Shown piece after piece: positions 24,662-32,000 of a DNA stretch of 32,000 bases. This DNA comes from Pyrodictium abyssi. Lineage in GTDB: Archaea; Thermoproteota; Thermoprotei_A; Sulfolobales; Pyrodictiaceae. Within the stretch, counting starts at the first letter, position 1, and every line of letters begins with the position of its first letter. Location of the stretch: positions 1,500,001-1,532,000 of the forward strand of contig NZ_AP028907.1 in NCBI RefSeq assembly GCF_036323395.1. The letters run 5' to 3'. Made by a program: the position numbers and the translations under genes. Below the pieces are notes generated by a model. That model was not told where the DNA came from. It made no database searches and saw only the letters and a list, made by a program, of their open reading frames with translations.

Positions 24662-26266
24662 ATGCAGCCCGAAGAGCGGCTGCAGATAGGCCTAGGCAGC
24701 CACATAACCTCTATCGACGTCTCTGTAATCGATACCAACTCGGAGGCTCTGGGTGTAAGCCGGCTACAGCTCATGGAAAATGCGGGCCGGAGCGTTGCAG
24801 AGGAGCTAGCTAAGCGCACAAAGAGAGGATCGAGAATAGCAGTACTGGCAGGGCCAGGCGGTAACGGCGGCGACGGGCTAGCAGCGGCGAGGCATCTGGC
24901 ATACATGGGGTACAGCGTAGACGTTGTGCTTCTCGCCAAGCCAAGTGAGATACGAAGTCCAGAGGCAAGAGCGATGTACGAGGCAGTAGAACTGATGGAC
25001 ACGACTATAGGGCTCCAAGTGGCCCGTAATCCACGCGACATAGACCTGCACGGGTACGATGTCGTTGTTGACGCTCTGCTGGGTACCGGGCTTAAAGGAG
25101 CACCCCGAAGTCCATACGCCGAAGCCATAGACGCCATAAATAACGCAGACGCGTTAAAGATAGCCGTTGATGTCCCCTCCGGGCTGAACGCTGACACAGG
25201 CGAAGCTCCAGGCCCGTGCGTCAAAGCTGACGTAACAGTTACGTTCCACAAGCCGAAGCCTGGTCTCCTTAAGCGCCCCGACCTGGTAGGCGAACTGGTC
25301 GTAGCGAGCATAGGTGCTCCCCCTGAGGCAGAGATCTATGTGGGCCCTGGCGACGTACTCTACCGGGTGCCGAGAAGAAGCTGGCGTACCCACAAGGGCC
25401 AGGCAGGCCGCGTACTAGTAGTAGGAGGCTCCGAGGACTTCATAGGTGCGCCGATAATATCGGCGCTCGCGGCTCAACGCGCTGGGGTCGACCTCGTATA
25501 CATAGCGGCTCCAAGCAAGGTGATAACAGCCGCCTCAAAGCATCCAGTACTCATACCAGTAGAGCTAAAAGACGCGCCATGGTTAAGCCCGGACCACGTA
25601 GATACGATACTCCGCGTAGCAGAACGTGTAGACTCAATAGTTATAGGTATGGGGCTAGGCCTAAACCGGGATACACAGGAAGCCGTAAAGGAGCTACTAG
25701 CACGTATACCCAAGGACAAGCCCGTAGTCTTGGATGCTGATGCGCTAAAGATAGTCTCAGACAATAGGGAGCTGATAAGACGCAACATGGTGCTAACCCC
25801 GCACGAGGTCGAGTTCCACAAGGTCTTTGGCGTAAAACCAGCACCCGTTGAGGAGCTGCCAGCACGCATCAGGGATGCTGCCCGGCAGGCCAGGCTACAC
25901 GGCAACGTGACGATAATACTCAAAGGCCCCATAGACGTGATAACAGACGGTGTCCGTGCCCGCCTGAACAAAACTGGCGCTCCTGCTATGAGTGCTGGTG
26001 GCACCGGCGACGCGTTAGCGGGGATAACTGGAGCGCTACTTGCTAAGGGCCTGGAGCCCTTTGACGCGGCGTGTATAGCAGCTTACATCAACGGGGCTGC
26101 TGGCGCACTAGCCTATAAGGAGTACGGTGAGTCAATGAACGCTATGGACTTGATAGGGTATATCCATGTAGTGTTGAACGGCCCTGTAAAGGTGGCTAAG
26201 GAGGCGCTAGTCTATAGACGGTTACCGGTGAAGAGAACTGCGATAGGTGTGTGGAACACGTTGTAG
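24662..26266 (+). CDS. nnr: Bifunctional NAD(P)H-hydrate repair enzyme (YjeF_N epimerase plus ADP-dependent dehydratase)
   Basis: N-terminal LMENAGRSVA..VLAGPGGNGGDGLAAARHL. C-terminal carbohydrate-kinase-like domain with VLVVGGSEDFIGAPI and GGTGDALAG. Confidence 0.92.
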   Translation: MQPEERLQIGLGSHITSIDVSVIDTNSEALGVSRLQLMENAGRSVAEELAKRTKRGSRIAVLAGPGGNGGDGLAAARHLAYMGYSVDVVLLAKPSEIRSPEARAMYEAVELMDTTIGLQVARNPRDIDLHGYDVVVDALLGTGLKGAPRSPYAEAIDAINNADALKIAVDVPSGLNADTGEAPGPCVKADVTVTFHKPKPGLLKRPDLVGELVVASIGAPPEAEIYVGPGDVLYRVPRRSWRTHKGQAGRVLVVGGSEDFIGAPIISALAAQRAGVDLVYIAAPSKVITAASKHPVLIPVELKDAPWLSPDHVDTILRVAERVDSIVIGMGLGLNRDTQEAVKELLARIPKDKPVVLDADALKIVSDNRELIRRNMVLTPHEVEFHKVFGVKPAPVEELPARIRDAARQARLHGNVTIILKGPIDVITDGVRARLNKTGAPAMSAGGTGDALAGITGALLAKGLEPFDAACIAAYINGAAGALAYKEYGESMNAMDLIGYIHVVLNGPVKVAKEALVYRRLPVKRTAIGVWNTL

Positions 26267-26269
26267 GAG

Positions 26270-26349
26270 CGGGCCCCGGGATAGCGAGTGTTGTAGGCCG
26301 CAGCGGCTGAAGAGGAGTACCAGGCCGGCTACGGCCCTCCCGGGGCCCG
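26270..26349 (-). ncRNA. GC-clamped 80 nt stem-loop (unassigned; minus-strand RNA favoured)
   Basis: A 12 bp perfect inverted repeat pairs CGGGCCCCGGGA (26270-26281) with TCCCGGGGCCCG (26338-26349). An inner 8 bp helix (26296-26303 with 26329-26336) has a C-A mismatch if read on the plus strand. The same position is a G-U wobble if read on the minus strand. Confidence 0.3.
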
Positions 26350-26537
26350 TGGAAAAGCTGACCCTCGACCCTCTTATTTCAGCCGCGTCCAGGAGTAGGG
26401 CGAGAAGTACCGGCTCCTAAGTTGTCTATAGAAGGGTTGGGGTCGGCGTGAGACTAGGCCAGTCATCCTTCCCGATCGTGGGGTCCTAGACTGCCCGCCT
26501 CTCCATCCCCCAGAGGGTCTACAGCTGCTGGGCAGGC

Positions 26538-26545
26538 TTTAAATA
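26538..26545 (+). promoter_or_regulatory. TATA box (TTTAAATA) upstream of tbp; two further AT boxes follow at 26549-26571
   Basis: CTTTAAATAGG lies 37-44 nt upstream of the GTG at 26582. Confidence 0.5.
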
Positions 26546-26581
26546 GGATTTTTTATAGCCGGTTTAAAAGGGTGTGTTAGG

Positions 26582-27181
26582 GTGAAGTCTTCTGCCACAC
26601 AGCAGAGGCAGGATGATGCCGCTCTAGAACCCAAGCCTACAGCGAATATAGAGAACATAGTAGCTACCGTGTCGCTCGATCAGACGCTCGACCTCCGTAT
26701 GATAGAGCGGAGTATACTGACTGTGGAGTACAATCCGGACCAGTTTCCTGGCCTGGTCTACAGGCTCGACTCGCCGAAGGTCACGGCACTGATATTCAAG
26801 TCAGGAAAAATGGTTGTAACTGGAGCTAAGAGCACCCACGACCTAATTGAGGCCGTAAAGAAGATCGTGCGCAACTTAAAGAAGCATGGTATACAGATCT
26901 ATGGGAGGCCTAAAGTCCAGATCCAGAACATAGTAGCGTCAGCTAACCTAAACGTCTGTGTAGACCTAGAGCGTGCGGCACTAACACTAGAGAACAGCAT
27001 GTACGAGCCTGAGCAGTTCCCCGGCCTCATACACCGCATGGATGAGCCTCGCGTAGTTCTGCTGATATTCAGCTCCGGGAAGATGGTGATAACGGGGGCT
27101 AAGCGTGAGGAGGAGGTGTACGAGGCCGTTAACAGGATATACGAGAAGCTAAAGAAGCTGAGAGCAATAAGACCCTGCTAA
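26582..27181 (+). CDS. tbp: TATA-box binding protein
   Basis: It contains two direct repeats. The first is [40 protein letters not shown]. The second is [39 protein letters not shown]. Confidence 0.97.
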   Translation: MKSSATQQRQDDAALEPKPTANIENIVATVSLDQTLDLRMIERSILTVEYNPDQFPGLVYRLDSPKVTALIFKSGKMVVTGAKSTHDLIEAVKKIVRNLKKHGIQIYGRPKVQIQNIVASANLNVCVDLERAALTLENSMYEPEQFPGLIHRMDEPRVVLLIFSSGKMVITGAKREEEVYEAVNRIYEKLKKLRAIRPC

Positions 27182-27220
27182 GCAGTTAAGAGGAGTACTA
27201 GACCGGGCTCTAACCCCTCG

Positions 27221-27227
27221 TTTGTTT
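27221..27227 (+). terminator. T-rich tract (TTTGTTT) downstream of tbp
   Basis: It lies about 40 nt after the tbp stop. Confidence 0.35.
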
Positions 27228-27246
27228 GCGTACATAGTGCGTCCAT

Positions 27247-27528
27247 CTATTTCGTTTCTAGGACTCCCCGCTTCAGTGCAAGCCAGGCTATATCCCGTGC
27301 TATCCTCCTGGACTTCGTGCGGACAACCACAATGTCTCCTAGCGTCTCCTCCATTACTTCATCCCGGTACTTCTCAAGAATGGCGTAGACGACATTGTCT
27401 CGTTCGTCTTCCCGGCGGAGCACTATCACATAGTAGCCTGCGGGATCAGGTCTCCGTAGGATATCCTCTATTATCCTCTGAGGCTTCTCCGGCATCGCTA
27501 CCACCGCTTGCTGGCTCGGCCTGGGCAA
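27247..27528 (-). CDS. Hypothetical small protein (82-93 aa)
   Basis: ORF with ATGs at 27528 and 27495 (MPEKPQRIIEDIL...). It overlaps the upstream 226 aa ORF by 50-83 nt in a different frame. No family recognised. Confidence 0.45.
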   Translation of the reverse strand: MPRPSQQAVVAMPEKPQRIIEDILRRPDPAGYYVIVLRREDERDNVVYAILEKYRDEVMEETLGDIVVVRTKSRRIARDIAWLALKRGVLETK

Positions 27529-28126
27529 CAGCCATGTTTACATAGAACTTTATAGCAGTAAATGCTCGTTCCTCCTCAGTCATGTAGCCTGAGATTACTC
27601 TTTCGAGATGAACAGTCATACGGGAGAGACGCTCACTCGGCGTAACGGAGACTAGATATACAACGGCTAGGTACCTAGCTATCGCCGCGAAGATGAAAGG
27701 CTCAACAATACTGAGTAGACGTATCACACGCTCGTTGTCTAAGCTCATCCCGCTACGTAGTATCGCAGCTACATTGTTTATCAAATTGATCTCGTGTAGC
27801 GCGTATCTCGTAAGCATTAGCGACAGTATAGAGTATACCTCTTCTACGACATTTTCTAGATGAGCTGACATAGCCTCCATAGATTTATCGAAGACGATCT
27901 TGTTAAGGGAGTCTAGTTGGCCGAAGAGGAACACTAGATAGGCTGAGCCCAGTGGCGTATTGCATGAACCGTGTTTCTCAATGAACTCTGAGGCTAGTTT
28001 GACTACATCCACAAGTGTGAGACGTGGTTTTCCAGACTCTATATCGTGTTTGACACGCGATGCGAGAGTTCTTATAAACTCTCGAACGAGGTTACTACAG
28101 CTGGCTTCGCTAATAGTATAGTCCAT
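27446..28126 (-). CDS. Hypothetical all-helical protein (226 aa), one probable hydrophobic helix
   Basis: ATG start with a CTCTATAGCG element about 30-38 nt upstream on the reverse strand. It has a hydrophobic stretch (IVEPFIFAAIARYLAVVYLVSV) and a disordered acidic tail. By eye its GC content is lower than the flanking sequence. Confidence 0.6.
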   Translation of the reverse strand: MDYTISEASCSNLVREFIRTLASRVKHDIESGKPRLTLVDVVKLASEFIEKHGSCNTPLGSAYLVFLFGQLDSLNKIVFDKSMEAMSAHLENVVEEVYSILSLMLTRYALHEINLINNVAAILRSGMSLDNERVIRLLSIVEPFIFAAIARYLAVVYLVSVTPSERLSRMTVHLERVISGYMTEEERAFTAIKFYVNMAVAQAEPASGGSDAGEASEDNRGYPTET

Positions 28127-28183
28127 GACATCTACACCAGTTCGTGAACGCTATAGAGCTGCGAGTTGTATCCGGGGGCTTAA

Positions 28184-28245
28184 AGTCAGCAACCTACCCT
28201 GCTGTCATTGACAACTCTCACCCCAATCGGGGTGTATCATCATCT
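28184..28245 (-). ncRNA. C/D box sRNA candidate (weaker)
   Basis: The reverse strand reads AG AUGAUGA (15 nt) GUGA (9 nt) AUGACAG (12 nt) CUGA CU. The C and D boxes are canonical and 47 nt apart. The terminal stem is only 2 bp, and the first guide region folds on itself (CACCCC GAUU GGGGUG). Confidence 0.3.
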
Positions 28246-28305
28246 GGTATACTCGGCTTGAGACATGCTGGAACAAACGGCAGACCGTACAGTATGGGGG
28301 CTATC

Positions 28306-28959
28306 TTACGCCTGCCTGCTGTCTGTGCCCCTATTCATCCAGTTCATTATACGCTGCGCCATCAGCTTTAGAGCCATTTCTTTACCTGCTACCTCGCCTG
28401 GAGGCATATACTCTACATGAACACCCGGCACTAGTCTTGCCTGGTTTGCAAGCTTCTTGTCGCCCGTGAAGAATAGGACACCGCCTCTATACTGGTTTGC
28501 GAGAGTCTCGAGAAGCTTCAGTATATCGTAGTCATCCCTAGCTGGCTGTCTATAGATCCTCTCACCGGCCTTAAGGGGCTCAGAGATGCCTCTCCCCAGT
28601 ATCTCGTGGAACTCTAGCGAGGGCGATGTTATCTCACGGGCGAGTATATCGGCGAACCCCTTGTACATCTGGTCGAATACCACCGCGTATTCCGGCTTAG
28701 TTTTGGCCTCCCTGCTTCTAGCACCCGCCCCCGCCTGCTGTTGATTACCAGCAGCGATGCCAGCCTGACTCCCGCTAAGGATTCTCTGTAAATCGTTTAC
28801 CTCCTCGCCTGTGAGATAAAGAACACGAGTGGCCCTATAGATTGTCGCTTCTGACCGACACTTTGAGGCAACTATTAGCAATGCCTCGCCAAAGCTTGGA
28901 GCTTCGTAGAGAGAACCCCCACACGATACGATGTATGCGCGTTGAGTCTGCTCTTCCAT
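28306..28959 (-). CDS. Hypothetical two-domain protein; C-terminal half tentatively PIN-like
   Basis: The N-terminal module is about 70 aa. A Gln/Ala/Gly linker (AGIAAGNQQQAGAGARS) joins it to a C-terminal segment of about 110 aa. That segment carries four acidic positions in PIN-like order: VVFDQ, LEFHEI, DDYDILKLL, FFTGDKKLANQA. An AGAATAAAGG element lies about 35 nt upstream. Confidence 0.5.
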   Translation of the reverse strand: MEEQTQRAYIVSCGGSLYEAPSFGEALLIVASKCRSEATIYRATRVLYLTGEEVNDLQRILSGSQAGIAAGNQQQAGAGARSREAKTKPEYAVVFDQMYKGFADILAREITSPSLEFHEILGRGISEPLKAGERIYRQPARDDYDILKLLETLANQYRGGVLFFTGDKKLANQARLVPGVHVEYMPPGEVAGKEMALKLMAQRIMNWMNRGTDSRQA

Positions 28960-29030
28960 TCTCCACAGCCCAGAGTGGGTGGAGAGAATAGGCGCCTTTA
29001 TTCTGCCTCTCTAGTACCTTATGCATATCT

Positions 29031-29465
29031 CTACCTGACAACCATTACTGACGTGGCAGAGTTGACCACTACTGAGAGCGCGACGCTTCCTATCATAAGA
29101 TCCTCGTTTGCAGTGCTTCCACGTGCCCCAAGTATCACAAGGTCATAGCCCCCCTCTATTATCTCGGAGAGTATTTCGCTGGCAACGCTAGTAGCTCTTG
29201 GCTTGTATTCACGCGTCTTTACTACTACATTGAGGCCGCTCGCCTCTATGCGCTTGCGTATGGCGCTTGTGATTGAGCTAGCATCTTCGCCTGGAGCGTG
29301 AACGTGGAGAACTGTTATTCTTGAGCCATAGCGTCGTGCAAAGTCTAGTGCAACGTCTAGCGCTCGTAGGCTCGACTCAGAGCCGTCTATGGGGACGAGT
29401 ATCCTTCTAAAGAGAAAGCTAATCCTATATGTAGGCTCAGTCCTTATATCAATAGTAGCTGTCAT
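29031..29465 (-). CDS. usp: Universal stress protein (UspA family)
   Basis: ILVPIDGSESSLRALDVALDFA..ITVLHV and YDLVILGARGST..GSVALSVVVNSATSVMVV. The ATG at 29465 is preferred over the TTG at 29513. Confidence 0.85.
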   Translation of the reverse strand: MTATIDIRTEPTYRISFLFRRILVPIDGSESSLRALDVALDFARRYGSRITVLHVHAPGEDASSITSAIRKRIEASGLNVVVKTREYKPRATSVASEILSEIIEGGYDLVILGARGSTANEDLMIGSVALSVVVNSATSVMVVR

Positions 29466-29610
29466 GAGTCTACACCTGTGCACCCAGTATAACGCTGTAA
29501 TGACGTGTAGCAAAAATCTGTGCCAGAAAACTCGCGTTGAATAATTTCAGTAAGGAACGCTCGTGAGTAAACCGATCATTTGCTGCAGTGGGGCGGTACG
29601 AACCCTGCCC

Positions 29611-30660
29611 CTAGGGTATCCGCCCACTCATTAGCCCCAGGGTCCTATCGGTTATGCGTATAGTCTCCTCGGCAGACTTTGCAGCCTCCATAACGGCTCT
29701 GATGGCGTCTATGTTCTCTGGCACTACTATGGACTCTTGATGCACAGCTTGCATCCATATTACTTCCCTGCCTCCTAGCACAGCTACGCTATCTAGCCAT
29801 ACTACTAGCTCGGGTATGTCGTAGCGCTTTCTCCCGAGATCCCTAGCATACTCGACGAGGTCTGCTGTGCTAGCCAAGCCTAGCCCTGCGTCAGCTAGCA
29901 GTATTCTCGGCGTCTGCTCTAACGCGGATACCACGTCGTCGCGGGTTACTTCCTCCTCGAGCTCCGCGAACACTATGTGCACGTGCATTAGTGTCGTAGG
30001 CACGACGACAGCTGTAGTGGCTATATCGAGGCTCGGTAGAACGGTCTTTACGTCAACTGCATGGTGGCTTGGAAGCTTAGCAGGATTCGGGACAATGGCG
30101 TTGACAGGGCCGCGCTTCACTTCCTTAGGGTCTGATGCGCGGCGTACTATGGTTGCCCTAACCTTCTTTATTTTAGCTATCTTAGATAGGGCACATATGC
30201 TCCTTAGGAGGCCAGTAGTATTGCATGAGACTACGCGCACGCTTTTCTTGCCTAGTGCCTCCTCGTAGTTGCAGAACGTGTTGAAGGATACTTCGGCTAC
30301 TTCTGGCTTCTCACCGCCCTGGAATATGGCTTTCACGCCAAAGCGCTCATATACATGCTTATACTCCTTTCCAACACCGCCGGGTGTTGCGTCTACTACG
30401 ACATCTACCTTCTCGAGAAGGTCTTCGAGAGACCCCTCTACCGGTATGCCCTTCTCCCTGAAGGCGTCTAGCCGGTCGCTTGGCGCGTATAGGGGTATGC
30501 CGCTGGATACCGCGTACTTAGCTACGTAGTCCGGTTTGGTCTTCACTACACCGGCCAGCTCCATGTCGGGTTGCTTCGATATGGCTTCGGCTACGCGCTT
30601 GCCTATTGTGCCAAACCCGTTTACAGCAACACGAATACGAGCCACGATGCAGCACCTCAT
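29611..30660 (-). CDS. gap: Glyceraldehyde-3-phosphate dehydrogenase, archaeal phosphorylating type
   Basis: VAVNGFGTIGKRVAEAI, VVSCNTTGLLR (catalytic Cys), and an archaeal-type length of 349 aa. Confidence 0.96.
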   Translation of the reverse strand: MRCCIVARIRVAVNGFGTIGKRVAEAISKQPDMELAGVVKTKPDYVAKYAVSSGIPLYAPSDRLDAFREKGIPVEGSLEDLLEKVDVVVDATPGGVGKEYKHVYERFGVKAIFQGGEKPEVAEVSFNTFCNYEEALGKKSVRVVSCNTTGLLRSICALSKIAKIKKVRATIVRRASDPKEVKRGPVNAIVPNPAKLPSHHAVDVKTVLPSLDIATTAVVVPTTLMHVHIVFAELEEEVTRDDVVSALEQTPRILLADAGLGLASTADLVEYARDLGRKRYDIPELVVWLDSVAVLGGREVIWMQAVHQESIVVPENIDAIRAVMEAAKSAEETIRITDRTLGLMSGRIP

Positions 30661-30758
30661 GAGCCGTGTCTCACAGCTGGTTCGGGGAATGCATACTCGA
30701 GTACGGGGCGCTGGGCCCAGGTAACAGAGCCTAGGGGAGTGTGAGATAAAGAAGAGCC

Positions 30759-32000
30759 CTAGCCTGTTAGTTGGCTGAAGAACTTCTCAGCGGACTTGGC
30801 TAACGCGGTTAGGCCGGGTAGGTCCTCGCCAGCAAGGAACAGCAGAAGCGCTCCGCCGCCGGTGCTTATGTGAAGGTTAGGCCTTCCAGCTAGTCCTAGC
30901 TCGGCTATGATGCTGTTGAGGTGGCCGCCTCCGACTATTACGTAGGCGTTGCTCTCTATAGCAGCGCGTACAAGCTCCCTACTCCCCTCGCGGAATCGTG
31001 GATCTTCTATAACGCCAGCAGGCCCCCTCATAACTATCAGTCGTGCCTCCTTCATTATCTCTGTGTACATCTTCACTGTCTGAGGGCCGATGTCCTTAAT
31101 GACGCCCTTTATGTGGCCGATTGTTTCGACCTCTATGTGGTCGTCTACAAGGGTTCGGAAGTCTACAGGGGTCTCTATGGGGAGTCCTCGTAGTAGCAGG
31201 CGTCTGGCACGCGGTAGGAGGGACAACAAGCCCTTAGCCTCTAGTACCCGGAGATTCGCCTCGCCGATATTGATGCCCTTCGCCACCATGAACAGTTCTG
31301 CGACAAGGCCTGTAGCGAGTATCCTGTCCACAGCACCATTGCTGTGGAGGTGCTCTAATATACGTAGCGTGTCGTGAACCTTTCCACCGCCTAGTACAAA
31401 CACACGTGGCCTCTCCTCGGGGTTGTATAGCTTGGATAGCGCGGTTAGCTCCCTCTCCATGACGCGGCCGGCTGCCGAGGGTAGCCTCATGGGGAATCCT
31501 ACTATGCTGGGCTGGCTCCTATGCGCTGTAGCAAAAGCGTCGTTCACGTAGTAGTTGAATAGAGGTGCTAGCCTCGTAACAAATATGCTCTCGGCGTGCT
31601 TCTCCGGAGTCGCCTCAATGATCTCCTCGGAGACCAAACGCGTATTGTCTAGGAGCAGGACCTCGCCAGGCTGGAGGCTCTTTATAGCCTCGCGGGCTGC
31701 CGGCCCTATAACGTCGTCGATAAAGCGTACCGGTAGACCTGTATGCTTCTCTAAGAGTTCAGCATGCTTACCTAGGCTTACGAAGTCGCTGTCGCCGGGC
31801 CTTCCCTGATGCGACATAGCTACAACAGCAGCGCCCCGCTCCACAAGCTCGCGTACCGTCACAGCATGGGCACGTATCCGGCTATCGTCTAAGATATCCT
31901 TGGTCTCTGGGTCTATAGGACTGTTAATGTCTATCCTTAGCAGTATCTTGGAGCCCTTAATACCAAAATACTTGTCAATATCGTCGATGGTTGGTATGAG
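30759..32000 (-). CDS. pgk: Phosphoglycerate kinase, partial (N-terminal few codons beyond window end)
   Basis: The frame stays open from 31862 up to 32000. That stretch translates as LIPTIDDIDKYFGIKGSKILLRIDINSPIDPETKDILDDSRIRAHA, which precedes the track start. Later motifs are MSHQGRPG, NDAFATAHR, and STGGGALLLFLAG. Confidence 0.96.
   Translation of the reverse strand, partial: LIPTIDDIDKYFGIKGSKILLRIDINSPIDPETKDILDDSRIRAHAVTVRELVERGAAVVAMSHQGRPGDSDFVSLGKHAELLEKHTGLPVRFIDDVIGPAAREAIKSLQPGEVLLLDNTRLVSEEIIEATPEKHAESIFVTRLAPLFNYYVNDAFATAHRSQPSIVGFPMRLPSAAGRVMERELTALSKLYNPEERPRVFVLGGGKVHDTLRILEHLHSNGAVDRILATGLVAELFMVAKGINIGEANLRVLEAKGLLSLLPRARRLLLRGLPIETPVDFRTLVDDHIEVETIGHIKGVIKDIGPQTVKMYTEIMKEARLIVMRGPAGVIEDPRFREGSRELVRAAIESNAYVIVGGGHLNSIIAELGLAGRPNLHISTGGGALLLFLAGEDLPGLTALAKSAEKFFSQLTG

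Noticed and set aside
24646-25311. The 221 aa minus-strand ORF.
   Set aside because: It is entirely antisense to nnr, which has clear YjeF motifs. The translation is Ser/Ala/Pro/Thr-rich.
26270-26349. The GC-clamped stem-loop as a tRNA, an H/ACA sRNA or a simple nnr terminator.
   Set aside because: It has no T loop or D arm and a 12 bp rather than 7 bp closing helix. Its internal loop is on one side only, and no ACA abuts the stem. Archaeal termination relies on oligo-T rather than hairpins, and the wobble pattern favours the opposite strand. It is retained only as an unassigned structure.
31860-31862. The track start codon for pgk (internal GTG).
   Set aside because: The frame is open and PGK-like (ILLRIDINSPID...) for 46 more codons up to the window edge, so the real start lies beyond 32000.
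1-32000. CRISPR arrays, IS elements, integrases, or prophage or defence islands.
   Set aside because: No spaced direct repeats, terminal inverted repeats, or transposase- or integrase-like translations were seen. The only tandem repeat is the 12-mer duplication at 15362-15385.

Overview
This window looks like a core chromosomal segment of a hyperthermophilic crenarchaeon (roughly 50-55% GC by eye). The lineage call rests on reverse gyrase, Alba, thermosome, GatD/GatE, archaeal TBP, RpoK, S30e, archaeal-type GAPDH plus PGK, and a second type IA topoisomerase. Gene density is high and most long ORFs are recognisable housekeeping genes: eno, a trkA-like RCK protein, an MscS-like channel, signal peptidase, topA, rpoK, thermosome, a PNP/MTAP-family phosphorylase, PDO, gatE/gatD, albA, rgy, nadE, nnr, tbp, usp, gap and pgk. 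Two coding regions are missing or truncated in the ORF track. One is a 52-codon ribosomal protein S30e gene at 18898-19056. The other is a partial THUMP-like CDS that runs off the left edge (1-571, minus strand). pgk also runs off the right edge. I saw no CRISPR array, transposase, integrase, rRNA or convincing tRNA. I found no convincing novel multi-gene protein system. The least explained signal is noncoding. One C/D box sRNA candidate is near-textbook (15240-15306, minus). Three further C/D-like candidates are weaker (11254-11318, 11112-11194 and 28184-28245, all minus). Two GC-rich, highly structured gaps have no assigned identity (10319-10559 and 26270-26545). Protein-level unknowns are an orphan two-gene operon (12287-13764) and a lower-GC cassette of three uncharacterised genes (27247-28959), one of which has a tentative PIN-like domain. 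All functional calls come from reading translated motifs by eye. No database search was run.
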